Below, one piece after another: positions 39,402-52,100 of a stretch of 64,000 nucleotides of DNA; the first letter of the stretch is position 1, and the number at the start of each line of letters is the position of its first letter. The notes beneath the pieces were generated by a model. That model made no database searches. It was given only the letters and a program-made list of their open reading frames with translations, and was not told where the DNA came from. Source of the DNA: Eledone cirrhosa (Eukaryota); the NCBI GenBank assembly GCA_964016885.1, contig OZ024746.1:100688001-100752000 (forward strand). Direction: 5' to 3'. A program made the position numbers and the translations under genes.

Positions 39402-39590
39402 TTTGACCCAAATACCATGCTTGACCCAAATACCATGCTTGACCCAAATACCATGCTTGACCCAAATACCATGGTTGACCCAAATACCATGGTTGGCGCA
39501 AATACTATGCTTGACCCAAATACCATGCTTGACCGAAAGAAGTTTTGTCCTAAATACTATGGTTGACCCAAAGAAGTTTTGACCCAATAG
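39402..39590. repeat. 18-bp tandem repeat (about 9-10 copies)
   Basis: TTGACCCAAATACCATGC repeated; yields the KHGIWV-repeat ORF. Confidence 0.9.
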
Positions 39591-39800
39591 GTTTCAGATA
39601 AGAATTAAGTTATTTCAACTGGCATTAAAATCTTTAGAGCAATCTTAACTGAAAACTAAGGTATGTTTCTGTATGTGTGTAATGAATATGGTGTCACAAA
39701 GCAGAGAACAGTCATTAATGTAGGTTCTGGGCTGGTATGTGAGTCTTTTACTTGAAATGTGTTTGTTCTTAATCTGTCTTTCTTTTGTATCAAACTACAG

Positions 39801-39912
39801 TATTTATATTGGACCCTTTGGTATTTAATATGATAAATAAGAACTGGACCAGTTTTTATGGTGCAGGGGAGTACATATTGCTAACTGTTACAGCTACACC
39901 TTATAACACAAG
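39801..39912 (+). CDS. Exon H: start of the VWD domain
   Basis: actacAG|..|GTaagt; 112 nt, phase 1-2. (V)FILDPLVFNMINKNWTSFYGAGEYILLTVTATPYNT aligns by eye with FGDPH.TFDG..YTFNG.GEY.L. Confidence 0.88.
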
Positions 39913-40074
39913 GTAAGTTACATTTCATAACTACTGCTACACATATCATCATCAACATCATTTAGTGTCTGTTTTCCCTGTTAGCCAGAGTTGGACACTA
40001 TCTCATTCCTGCTCTTTATTTTGTCTCAATATTTTCAAATCCTCAAATTGATTTTTGGTGGTATTTGTGTGGGG

Positions 40075-40212
40075 GGAGGTCAGGCCTACTAAGGGGGAGG
40101 GGGGACTGACCCCACTACTGAGAGTGTCAGGCCTACTGAGGGAGGGGTGACTGACTCAACTACTGGGGGGGGGGGGGGGCTGACTCCACTACTGAAAGTG
40201 TCAGCCCTACTG
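40075..40212. repeat. Three degenerate G-rich ~45-75 bp repeats
   Basis: TCAGGCCTACT..GGGG..TGAC..CACTACTG repeated, with long G runs. Confidence 0.6.
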
Positions 40213-40479
40213 TAAAGATACAGAAAAACTCAAGGCTTTAAAGTGAACAAAATACAATTTTCAAAGGAGAATCATTAAATAGCCAAATTTTAGGGAAAAA
40301 TTGAATATTGGAATTGTTGACAATTCTGGGATTACTATAACAACAAAGATGTTTATTTGAAGCAAAGAATATTGCACAAAAATTACAAATAATAGAATTT
40401 GAAGTGTGAAATATTTATAAAAACATACAACATATGGTTGTAAACAAGGATTAGAATTTTCCAGAGAATGTCTGAAGTG

Positions 40480-41150
40480 TAAGATGATAGAATATTAGAA
40501 TTTCCCAAATTTATCATAAAGCTGAGCAGGGTAGAGGGTGGACATGAGCTCCCAGCATTGGTCTTTTTGTTTAGAGAAAACACCACACCCTGACATCTAG
40601 AACCATCATCAACCCTACTTTGATGCAAGTGGTTGTTGACTGAAGATTGGGGAATCCTAAAAGATTGATGGCTGGGATCTAGTTGTCTCTGAGAGACACA
40701 ATGTCTCATGTTGGTCTAATGTATGTCTTTTTAGTGTTTTTACAGCCTTCAATGTTCACAGATTCCAATAGGCAAAGAAATGTATTTCACTTAGAATGTA
40801 GATTTGTCACTTGCTCTGTTGGTGGAACAATCATGTTAGCTTCTGTGGATGCTGTAACATTATCCTTATTCTATTTTGTATTTCAATACATGATGGTGTT
40901 TCATTGGAGGTATATCAGCAGGCACACTCCACAAGAAAACACTTTGGGATAGTGTGGTGTAATCAATAGCAACTATTCTTGTAACTGAATATCAATAGTT
41001 ATATTGGAAGTGCTGACCAAGGAAACCACTTAATATCAGAAGAGACTTGTCTTGGATTTCAAAGATGATGGAGGCTTGCTACAAGGTACTTATAGAGTCA
41101 GAGGTCAACAGCATCAAAAGTTGACAGATCATGGAGCAGATGTATACTGG
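40480..41150 (+). mobile_element. Possible highly degraded Penelope-like fragment (GIY-YIG)
   Basis: Around 40955-41045 the sequence reads YSCN..SYIG..PLNIR across frameshifts, resembling GIY-YIG (Y.C.C..YIG.T..L..R). Confidence 0.35.
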
Positions 41151-42339
41151 AAATTTTAGGCAAGCATTTTGGATGATTATAGCGCTGTACTCTCGCTTTG
41201 AGACCAAACCCTCTTTGGGGGGTTCTGTGTCACAACAAGGACACATGTGCAGGGGGTTTGTTTGCAGAGATGGTCATGTTTTTAGGGCAGTGGGAACTTA
41301 GCAATACCTAACCTTGAGAACAGTATCAAACTCTTTCATTTATTAAAAAACAAGTAAAGATGGAGAGCTATGAATAGTATAGCAACAGTGATGGCAGTGC
41401 TCCAGCATGATCACAGCCCATGGATGAGAATAGGGAAAATTGTAAAAAAACTATTTTATTTAAAATTGAAGCATTACATATCATTACTCCAAGATATATG
41501 TGCAGATCACCCCCCCCCCCCACACACACACACATTATTATAAGCAGTGATTTGGTAGAGTCATTATAATATCAAATAGAGTCTTTCGTTCATATAGTAC
41601 CAAAGTCAACTTTTCCTTTTATTCTTTTGAAGTTGATAAATAAAGTAGATGTTAAACGATGATGATGATGATATATATATGATATATAAAAAAACTCGAT
41701 ATTCAATATATAACGATCATGTGACATCAGAGCATTGCCCACTGCCAATATAATAGAAAACCATGTATCTGATACTTTGCAGAGAACAATTTAATTAGGT
41801 TTAAAAAATATAGATAGAATAAGTATTATACTTTACATAGCCACTTAGTTTTTATAAGCAAAAACCATCAACATCTACCTTTGATTAACATTGGTAAATG
41901 GTGAAGCCAAAAGCTGCAATCATCAATAGGCATCATGAAATTTTAGAAAAATATTAGTTCCCAAAGAATGAGGAGCCACATGTAGAATAAAATAAAATTA
42001 CAATGTTCAATAGTATGAAAGTGGTAAGTGGTAACGCTAGAAATAGCTCACGCACTAACTCACAAAGAACTGCTCAACTAAGTTGTATATATATTGATAT
42101 TTATCAATATATATAGATATTCAGTCATCTCAATGTTGTCTCACTAACTACATGTGATAGGAAGCTCTATGTAGCAATGAAGTGAATTATCCTAATAAAA
42201 ACAATCTCTACATCATGAATTTTGTAATCTTCCTTTCGTTCATAATAACAAATGTTTATGTGTTTGTATCATTCCAATAATGTTGTTCATTCAGGTATAA
42301 TTGTCATTTTGTTAATGACAATTATACCTGAATGAACAA

Positions 42340-43362
42340 CCACATTTACAGTGTGGAACTGGGAACTTTTACCGTGTTACCTACACAGCCACATTACAGC
42401 GTGGACTGTGTGTTTTTTTCTCGTGACACCTACACGATCTCGATCTCATTATCTCATTTATTTGGACTGGATGTTGTGGTACCAACTTTACAGAGAGAGG
42501 GTGGTGTTGGTGGGAGTGGGAGGATAGGGTAGGGGTAGTGGATTGGTGTGTATATTTAGTTAAGAGGTGCCTACTGACTGTAGGTTTTGCTTTATACATA
42601 GGCAAGGCGGGTCTTCCGTATTACTGCGTAGCGCCAAAGATCTTGGTCCAGTTACATTGTCTTAGAGAGGTGCAAGTGTGTAAGGTTGGAATTTATTAGA
42701 TTGTCCCAGGTTTTTCTGGGTCTACCTACTCCGTAACTACCATCAATTTTGATCGCCCTGCACTTTTTTATACAGCTGCCGTCTTTCATGCGCATCATGT
42801 GGCCATACCAACGTAGTCTTCTCTCAAGTAAACAGCATCTGATCCCTCTTATTCCTAATTTCTCACTTAGTTCATTTATGCTTTGTCATTCACGTATATT
42901 ACTATTACACATACAATGGAGCATGCATGCTTCGTTCCTTTCCAGTCTGCACAGGTCCTCTGCACGTAATGCCCATGTCTCACTGCCATGTAGCATACAA
43001 TCTGCCTTTCATTTTTAGAGAGAAACCTTTTGTGGCCAACAGCAGAATAAGCTCTCTGAAATTTTTCCATCCTATTCTGACTCTGGCTACTGTACTTTCA
43101 GAGCACCCCCCTCCACTGCTGATTTCGTCACCCAGGTAACGGAAAGTGTCCACTATTTCTATAGAACCATTTGGGCAATAGAAGGAGCTAGTATTCTTTG
43201 GACACTTGCTACTTATTGCACCTGAGCATTGGCCACATATAAAGTCTACGTTCTTAGATAGTTTACCTGTGATCCCACTACATCTTTTATGTACCCATAC
43301 TTTGCATTTGGGACATAAAATTGAATTTCTGCCTACTCCTTTCCTACATACTGAGCATGATA
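42340..43362 (-). mobile_element. RTE fragments (UTR motif plus RT C-terminal part with PHD insert)
   Basis: Homologous to 32609-33420. The - strand encodes CSVCRKGVGRNSILCPKCKVWVHKRCSGITGKL..CGQC. Confidence 0.85.
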
Positions 43363-43363
43363 C

Positions 43364-43374
<11 letters not shown>

Positions 43375-43427
<53 letters not shown>
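43375..43427. repeat. (TA)n microsatellite followed by an RTE (GAT)n tail
   Basis: Read directly. Confidence 0.95.
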
Positions 43428-43429
<2 letters not shown>

Positions 43430-43567
43430 TAGCGTGGAAGATAGACGTTAAACAATGATGATGATGATGATATATATAAGAGGGAGAGAGAGTGATAATG
43501 TGTTTTGTTTTTGTTGTTATTACTGTCAGTGGATGCAACTATATATGTCTCTTATTTTTTCCCCAAG

Positions 43568-43649
43568 TATTACAATTCAAGTGCGTGTAGAATTGATAGA
43601 CAATGACCAGTTTACACAAGTACCAGTTTACACAGCTTTTGCTATCAAG
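43568..43649 (+). CDS. Exon I: VWD domain
   Basis: ttccccaAG|..|GTaaaa; 82 nt, phase 2-0. (S)ITIQVRVELIDNDQFTQVPVYTAFAIK matches F..Q.R......T..TA.A.K of MUC4/SUSD2-type VWD. Confidence 0.87.
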
Positions 43650-43689
43650 GTAAAAATCTTTATTCATATGAACACTCTTGACTATATTA

Positions 43690-43874
43690 ATAATTGTTTC
43701 TACTTTAGGCACAAGGCCAGCAATTACCACAGTACATTACTGGTACTTTATTTTATCGACCCCGTAAGGATGAAAGGCAAAGTTAACCTCGGCGGGATTT
43801 GAACTCAGAATGGAAAGGGGCGTAACTCTATGCGTCAAAGCATGGCGTCCGACCCTCTACTGATACTGCCAATC
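43690..43874 (-). mobile_element. tRNA-type SINE (young copy)
   Basis: Nearly identical to 29164-29356. Confidence 0.87.
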
Positions 43875-43989
43875 AATAATAATGCAGGTTTTTTGCTGAA
43901 TAAGAAACGTGGATTCTTTTTGTGTTGTTATTTACATTGTTTAAAAATCCTGGAATTATCAGAACCATCTGTTATTCTTGTTTTATAAC

Positions 43990-44160
43990 AAGCAAGAAGT
44001 CAATCTGGCTTATATGTTCACCTGATTGGTAGGTGATCAAGTGGCTTGTTGGTTTCCTGAAATTAATGCTGTGAATTGTTCAGTCACTTGCATCACAGAA
44101 TTCTAGAAGCTGGATCTCTCATCATTTCTTGAACCATATCCATAGTCACCATGCACTCCA
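43990..44160 (-). mobile_element. RTE endonuclease fragment
   Basis: Homologous to 34965-35135 (QIDFLL, LLEFCDA, GYGSRN). Confidence 0.75.
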
Positions 44161-44409
44161 AATTATCTATATTATGATAAACAGAAAATTATTTCTATTT
44201 ATCAGAAGACTAGCAACCATTTCTACCCATCATAATATAAACAAAACAAGGTTTTCTAATAAATGTTATATGCTGTTGCAGAAAATGGGAAAATGATAAT
44301 TTAGGTATTACCTCAGTGTCTGAGTATGCTACCCTGACATTGTTTCAATAACGATATTCCCTACCTCTATTTGTATTAATAGTTTAAAAATAATAATTTC
44401 AGTTATTAA

Positions 44410-44832
44410 TGAGGACCGAAACCTCTGGCGTTATGCAGTAATATAGAAGACCCAACTTCCCACAGGTACAAGCCGAAGCTGAAGCATATAGACAATATGC
44501 CCCCACCCACTCCCAATGTAAAGTGGTCGTGGTGTCGCATCAAAAAACCACCCAGCCCACACTGTAAAGTGGACGTGTAGGTGTCATGACAAAAAAACAT
44601 CCAGCCCACACTGTAAAGTGGTCATGTAGGCACCACGGTAAAAAAACAAACACCCAGCACTCACTGTAAATGAGGTTGGTGTTAGGAAGGGCATCCAGCT
44701 GTAGAAATCAAGCCAGAATTAGTTCCTGTATAAGCAAGACAAGGTCACCTGACCTGGCATTGCCCACAACAGGACAACCCATCTAACCCATGCTAGCATG
44801 GAAGTATGGACGTAAAACGATGATGATGATGA
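44410..44832 (+). mobile_element. Short RTE-derived element (5'UTR-like repeats fused to the RTE 3' end)
   Basis: Repeated CCCACACTGTAAAGTGG..GTAGG, then GGTTGGTGTTAGGAAGGGCATCCAGC, then CCCATGCTAGCATGGAA..GGACGTAAAACGATGATGATG. Confidence 0.75.
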
Positions 44833-45157
44833 ACTACTTGCAATAACTTAATTTTCTCTAAGATTTACCCTGTGAAAAAGCTTAAATATTTATTTAAATT
44901 TGATGTTTCACTGCTTTTATAGGTCATGTAAATGCTTATTCCATTAAAATGTCAATGTTTTAATGTAATATCTATTTGACCTGTTATTCCCTCTGCGTCC
45001 CCACCAATAACTTAACACTTGATTGATTTGTTTGCAAAATAATTTTAAATGGATCTTTTTCAGTCAGTAGAATGATGAAAACAAAAAAAAATGAGGGAGA
45101 TGGAATTGGTGGTGGCCGGACATTCTTGACTTTCTAAACTTTTCATTTTAAATTTAG

Positions 45158-45277
45158 TCTGAAGCAGTGGTTTTGGAAATAACCAATCCAGGAAATGTGA
45201 CCATAACAGAGAGTGGTGTAAACAGCATTTATAAAATAGAAGGCAAATCTGTCTTTTTTAATAATATGCATTTAGAG
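45158..45277 (+). CDS. Exon J: VWD domain (divergent)
   Basis: aatttAG|..|GTattt after a pyrimidine tract; 120 nt, phase 0-0, open. SEAVVLEITNPGNVTITESGVNSIYKIEGKSVFFNNMHLE fills the expected VWD gap. Confidence 0.72.
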
Positions 45278-45329
45278 GTATTTATATTATTTTTCTGAAT
45301 GGTTTACTGTACTATATTTACGTTACTCG

Positions 45330-48290
45330 AGATTATTATTGTAAATTTAACAACCCTTACAACTAAGGAGCAGGATCTAGTGAAGGAGGCTAGATGCTAC
45401 CGGCTAGATATAGTCAGGGTTTCCTCAACAAAGTCCCGTGGCTCTGATACTGTAGATTTGGATGGAGGATGGAAACTCCACTATTCAGGTGTGGTGCCAG
45501 AAATGACTGCACAGGTGAGAGTGGGGATACTCACAAACCCTTGGCTGTCAGAATGTGTTATGGACTGGATACCATTAGGAGGGAGGATTTATCCCTTGAA
45601 GCTTTTGTTGAAAGATAAATCTCTGTGGGTGGTGCAAGTTTATGCACAAAACAAGGATCCGAATACAGGTCCTTCCTTGATGAAGTCACTGCAGCGTTAG
45701 ATGTAGTTAAGACTGAGTCATATATCCTGATGGGAGACTTCAATGTACATGTTGGCACTGACCACCTGACATGGAAAGGAGTGATTGGAAGGAATGATGA
45801 CCCCAATCTAAATATAAATGGAGAGGCCTTATTAGACTTCTGTCCTAGCAATTGACTCTCTATTATGAACACCTTCTTCCAGCACAGAGACATTCATAAA
45901 TATACATGATATAAGGGGAATCAGGGATAGAGATCAATAATTGAATTTGTTATTGTCTCTGATCTCTTTGATTCTGTGCTGGATGTTTGTGTTAAGAGAG
46001 GGGCTGAGCTGTCAACTGATAACCATCTAGTTACCTGCAACTTGAGATTAACTAAAGCCAAGGAAACCCACAAAACTAGCAGGTCCAGGGTGACCTACAG
46101 GATAAAGTGGGAAGCATTGGTGGATAAGGAAGTCAGGACCAGGTGTGAAGATACTATTGCATCCAAATTCAGAGAACTCCCTGAACAAACTAAGGAGGTT
46201 GAGATGGAGTGGAGATTGTTCAGCGCAGCAGACTCTGTTTTAGCTGTTAAATGCTGAGGGCGAAAGATGCTTGGTGTGGAGCAGGGTTGCAGGAGGACCC
46301 CTTGGTCCAACCAAGAGGTCGAACATGCCATCCAAACAAAGAAGGAGGCTTACAAAGCCTGGCTTGGAAATAAGTCCTCCTCCTTGTACTTGAGGTTTAA
46401 GCAGGCATGAAGAATCGCAGCAGAGACAAGTAAAGGTGTCCAAAGTTAAGACATGGGAGGACATTGGGGTTAAGATGGAATCCAACTTCAGATCAGCAAA
46501 TAAAGTTTTCTGGCAGACCATCTGCCGACTTCATAAGAAGCCCCCTCTACACCTGCTATCAGGAACGCACCTGTGGTTCTCCTCTTTTCAGAGAGATGGA
46601 TCCTTGCAATGGTAAGAAGATACTTTACTGATTTCTTAAGTCTGATCACAACAGCATCTTCTGATGTACACGAGGTGCATCTGAGAGTGGTGACTAATCT
46701 CTCGAAGGCTGGGGTCACAAGAGCAGTTAAAGAGCTCAAATGTGGCAAGCCACTGGGAAAGATGAAATCTAGCCTAAGATGCTAAAAGCCTTAAATAGAG
46801 AAGATATTCTCTGGCTGACTCGTGTGTGCCGGGTGGCCTGAATCTCTGGAAAGGCACCTAAGCAATGGCAATCAGGAGTGATAATCCCAATTTTCAAAAA
46901 GGGAGACAAGAGAGATTGTTCCAATTACATAGAGATCTCCTTGTTAAGCCTCCCTGGTAAAATCTATGCTAAGTGTCTGACAAAGAGATGCAGGGAGATT
47001 GTCAAGTCTAAGCTAGCTAATGGACAGTGTGGTTTTCGCCCCGAACTCAGCACAGCTGACCAAATATTCACACAGCAGCAGGTCTTCGAGAAGTCATAGG
47101 AGTATTGCCAAGATGTATATTCTTGTTTTGTCAACCTTAAGAAGGCATATAACTGCTCTCCACAGGACATGCTGAGGAAGGTTCTGCAGGAGTATAGGAT
47201 CAATGGTCAGTTTCTTGCTGCCCTGATGTCTCTATACGAATGCCCAAGTATTTGTGTTCGGATAGATGGTGCTAACTTGAAACCATTCAGTGTGGGAGTC
47301 AGACTGCCAAGGGTCCATACTGTCAACTCTCCTGTTCATTATTTACAAATCCCGCCAAGGTTAACTTTGCCTTTCATCCTTACGGGGGTCGATAAAATAA
47401 AGTACCAGTAATACACTGAGGTAATTGCTGGCCTTGTGCCAACAGTAGAAACAATTATTTACATGAACAGGATTGACAGCCGGGTTGGAAGTGGTATCAT
47501 GACTGGTGGGTGTAAAATCCGTCAGCTAGAATTTGCAGACGACATGGTGTTACTTAACTTGACAGAGGATGACCTTCAACTTGCACTTGATAGGTTTGAT
47601 GCTGAGTGCTGCATGGATAATTGAAAATCAGTGCTGTGAAAACTGAGATTCTTGTCCTCTCAAGAAGCCTGCGCAGTGTACTCTACATATCAATGGAGTT
47701 CCACTGAAGCAAGTGGAGAAGTTCAGGTATTTTGGAGCCATGTTCACAAGTGATGGAAGGCAGGAGACCGAATTACGGGCAAGAATTGCAGAAGCTGGTG
47801 CAATAATGTGCCAGCTTCAGCATTCAGTAATCAGAAGGGAGGTAGGCGTAAAAGCCAAACTCACTATTCGGTATTCATGCCAACCCTTACCTATGGTCAT
47901 GAATCTTGGGTAATTACTGAAAGAATATGATTGCAAATACAAGCGGCCAAAATGGGGTTCCTCTGAAGAGTCTTTGGAGTAATGTTACTTGATAGAGTGT
48001 ATAGCTCAGAGATCAGAGAGTCACTCCAGGTAGAGCTGCTACTTCTCCGGATTGAGAGATCACAGATCCAATACTATGGACATGTGGTTAGAATGTCTCA
48101 GGAAAGAATCACTGGACAGATTTTACGGGCAAAACCAACAGGCAGGAGACCCAGGGGTAGACCCCAAGTAAGATGGTTGGATAACATCCATGAGAAGGTT
48201 GCTTCTGACAAGACCCGCTGGAAGGAGTATTTGAGGACTCTGCTCCCACCACACTTTCAGGAATAAATGAACAAAGAAGAGAAGAATGTA
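45330..48290 (+). mobile_element. RTE LINE of Rex3/Expander type (APE + RT, no PHD insert), degraded
   Basis: NLTTLTTKEQDLVKE..YRLDIV..GWKLHYSGV; GDFNVHVG..TWKGVIGRN; KRGAELSTDNHLV; PIFKKGD; FADDMV; LLLRIERSQ..GRRPRGRP. Confidence 0.9.
47348..47453 (+). mobile_element. 5'-truncated SINE nested in the LINE RT, with a 10-bp TSD
   Basis: ATTATTTACA at 47338-47347 and 47454-47463. The insert is the reverse complement of part of 29164-29280. Removing it restores LLFIIYMNRID. Confidence 0.9.
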
Positions 48291-48299
48291 TATTTCATA

Positions 48300-48520
48300 A
48301 TGCTTTCTAGCATAGGTACAAGACCAGCAATTTTGAAGGAAGGCAACATCAATTAATCAACCCCAGTATTTTACTGGTACTTTATTTTATTGACATCGAA
48401 AGAATGAAGGATGAAAGATAAAGTTGACGTCAGTGAGATTTGAACTCTAAGCATAAAGAGCCATAATTGAATATGACAAAGTATTTTGTCCAACACTCTA
48501 ATGATTTTACCAATCTACTA
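48300..48520 (-). mobile_element. Older SINE copy
   Basis: GGTACAAGACCAGCAATTT..ACTGGTACTTTATTTTAT..GATTTGAACTC. Confidence 0.72.
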
Positions 48521-48802
48521 CTCTAATCTATTTTATGATAATTACTCATGATTGAATGAAGTATTGTAAATCAATATATAAGGTATAGAAACTTAAACTC
48601 GCTAAAATAAAGTGACAGCTTGAATGGCTGACTAATACAAAACAGTGTTTTGTATGTCATTCACAGGTAAGAAGTCTTTTACATTTGTATTCCAGTTATT
48701 CTTGAAAATTGTGTTAATGTTAAGAGTCACAACTTTCATTCAAAAGCTTTACACAACTGTTGTATGACACAGGATTGTAGATAAATTCCTGAATAAAAGT
48801 AG

Positions 48803-49086
48803 CTGATAACCACAAGATAATGTGACAGACTGATAACAACAAGATAACAACACAGACTGATAACAACAAGATAACAACAAGATAAGCACAAGATAACAAC
48901 AAGATAACAACAAAATAACAAGATAACAACAAGATAACAACAAAATAACAAGATAACAACAAGATAACACAGATTGATACAACAAGATAACCACAAGATA
49001 ACAACACAGATTGATAACAACAAGATAACCACAAGATAACAAGATAACCACAAGATAACAAGATAACAACAAGATAACAACAAGAT
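48803..49086. repeat. Low-complexity (ACAAGATAAC/ACA) tandem repeat
   Basis: Read directly; 8-11 bp degenerate units. Confidence 0.9.
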
Positions 49087-49112
49087 TTAGTCAGAAGAGG
49101 GGTGGGTTGAGG

Positions 49113-52100
49113 TATATAGATAATTGTTGACAGGTGTAAGGACTATTGGTGGAACAAGAGAGACTGTATGTTTATAGATAATTGTTGACAGATACAGAGA
49201 CTTGGTGGAACAAGAGAGACTATGTTTATAGATAATTGTGGACAGATACAGAGACTTGGTGGAATAAGAGAGACTGTATGTTTATAGATAATTGTTGACA
49301 GATACAGAGACTTGGTGGAACAAGAGAGACTATGTTTATAGATAATTGTTGACAGATACAGAGACTTGGTGGAACAAGAGAGACTATGTTTATAGATAAT
49401 TGTTGACAGATACAGAGACTTGGTGGAACAAGAGAGACTATGTTTATAGATAATTGTTGACAGATACAGAGACTTGGTGGAACAAGAGAGACTGTATGTT
49501 TATAGATAATTGTTGACAGATACAGAGACTTGGTGGAACAAGAGAGACTATGTTTATAGATAATTGTGGACAGATACAGATACTTGGTGGAACAAGAGAG
49601 ACTATGTTTATAGATAATTGTTGACAGATACAGAGACTTGGTGGAACAAGAGAGACTGTATGTTTATAGATAATTGTTGACAGATACAGAGACTTGGTGG
49701 AACAAGAGAGACTATGTTTATAGATAATTGTTGACAGATACAGAGACTTGGTGGAACAAGAGAGACTATGTTTATAGATAATTGTTGACAGATACAGAGA
49801 CTTGGTGGAACAAGAGAGACTGTATGTTTATAGATAATTGTTGACAGATACAGAGACTTGGTGGAACAAGAGAGACTGTATGTTTATAGATAATTGTTGA
49901 CAGATAAAGAGACTTGGTGGAACAAGAGAGACTATGTTTATAGATAATTGTTGACAGATACAGAGACTTGGTGGAACAGGAGAGACTGTATGTTTATAGA
50001 TAATTGTTGACAGATACAGAGACTTGGTGGAACAAGAGAGACTGTATGTTTATAGATAATTGTTGAGAGATACAGAGACTTGGTGGAACAAGAGAGACTG
50101 TATGTTTATAGATAATTGTTGACAGATACAGAGACTTGGTGGAACAAGAGAGACTGTATGTTTATAGATAATTGTTAACAGATACAGAGACTTGGTGGAA
50201 CACGAGAGACTGTATGTTTATAGATAATTGTTGACAGATACAGAGACTTGGTGGAACAAGAGAGACTATGTTTATAGATAATTGTTGACAGATACAGAGA
50301 CTTGGTGGAACAAGAGAGACTGTATGTTTATAGATAATTGTTGACAGATACAGAGACTTGGTGGAACAAGAGAGACTATGTTTATAGATAATTGTTGACA
50401 GATACAGAGACTTGGTGGAACAAGAGAGACTGTATGTTTATAGATAATTGTTGACAGATACAGAGACTTGGTGGAACAAGAGAGAATGTATGTTTATAGA
50501 TAATTGTTGACAGATACAGAGACTTGGTGGAACAAGAGAGACTATGTTTATAGATAATTGTTGACAGATACAGAGACTTGGTGGAACAAGAGAGACTGTA
50601 TGTTTATAGATAATTGTTGACAGATACAGAGACTTGGTGGAACAAGAGAGACTGTATGTTTATAGATAATTGTTGACAGATACAGAGACTTGGTGGAACA
50701 AGAGAGACTGTATGTTTATAGATAATTGTTGACAGATACAGAGACTTGGTGGAACAAGAGAGACTATGTTTATAGATAATTGTTGACAGATACAGAGACT
50801 TGGTGGAACAAGAGAGACTATGTTTATAGATAATTGTTGACAGATACAGAGACTTGGTGGAACAAGAGAGACTATGTTTATAGATAATTGTTGACAGATA
50901 CAGAGACTTGGTGGAACAGGAGAGACTGTATGTTTATAGATAATTGTTGACAGATACAGAGACTTGGTGAAACAAGAGAGACTGTATGTTTATAGATAAT
51001 TGTTGACAGATACAGAGACTTGGTGGAACAAGAGAGACTGTATGTTTATAGATAATTGTTGACAGATACAGAGACTTGGTGGAACAAGAGAGACTGTATG
51101 TTTATAGATAATTGTTGACAGATACAGAGACTTGGTGGAACAAGAGAGACTATGTTTATAGATAATTGTTGACAGATACAGTGACTTGGTGGAACAGGAG
51201 AGACTGTATGTTTATAGATAATTGTTGACAGATACAGAGACTTGGTGGAACAGGAGAGACTGTATGTTTATAGATAATTGTTGACAGATGCAGAGACTTG
51301 GTGGAACAAGAGAGACTGTATGTTTATAGATAATTGTTGACAGATACAGAGACTTGGTGGAACAAGAGAGACTGTATGTTTATAGATAATTGTGGACAGA
51401 TACAGAGACTTGGTGGAACAAGAGAGACTATGTTTATAGATAATTGTTGACAGATACAGAGACTTGGTGGAACAAGAGAGACTATGTTTATAGATAATTG
51501 TTAACAGATACAGAGACTTGGTGGAACAAGAGAGACTATGTTTATAGATAATTGTTGACAGATACAGAGACTTGGTGGAACAAGAGAGACTGTATGTTTA
51601 TAGATAATTGTTGACAGATACAGAGACTTGGTGGAACAAGAGAGACTATGTTTATAGATAATTGTTGACAGATACAGAGACTTGGTGGAACAAGAGAGAC
51701 TATGTTTATAGATAATTGTTGACAGATACAGAGACTTGGTGGAACAAGAGAGACTGTATGTTTATAGATAATTGTTGACAGATACAGAGACTTGGTGGAA
51801 CAAGAGAGACTGTATGTTTATAGATAATTGTTGACAGATAAAGAGACTTGATGGAACAAGAGAGACTATGTTTATAGATAATTGTTGACAGATACAGAGA
51901 CTTGGTGGAACAAGAGAGACTGTATGTTTATAGATAATTGTTGACAGATACAGAGACTTGGTGGAACAAGAGAGACTATGTTTATAGATAATTGTTGACA
52001 GATACAGAGACTTGGTGAAACAGGAGAGACTGTATGTTTATAGATAATTGTTGACAGATACAGAGACTTGGTGGAACAAGAGAGACTGTATGTTTATAGA

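Noticed and set aside
39228-39587. ORF with KHGIWV repeats
   Set aside because: Translation of the 18-bp tandem repeat running into the mariner end.
48600-48790. Extra host exon near CACAG|GTAAGA (48666) or TTCCAG (48695)
   Set aside because: The phase-0 readings hit stops without a usable donor. Exons J and K already join in phase with a plausible continuous VWD sequence.
48720-49083. Hydrophobic Leu/Cys-rich ORFs in all three - frames
   Set aside because: An artefact of the ACAAGATAAC low-complexity repeat.
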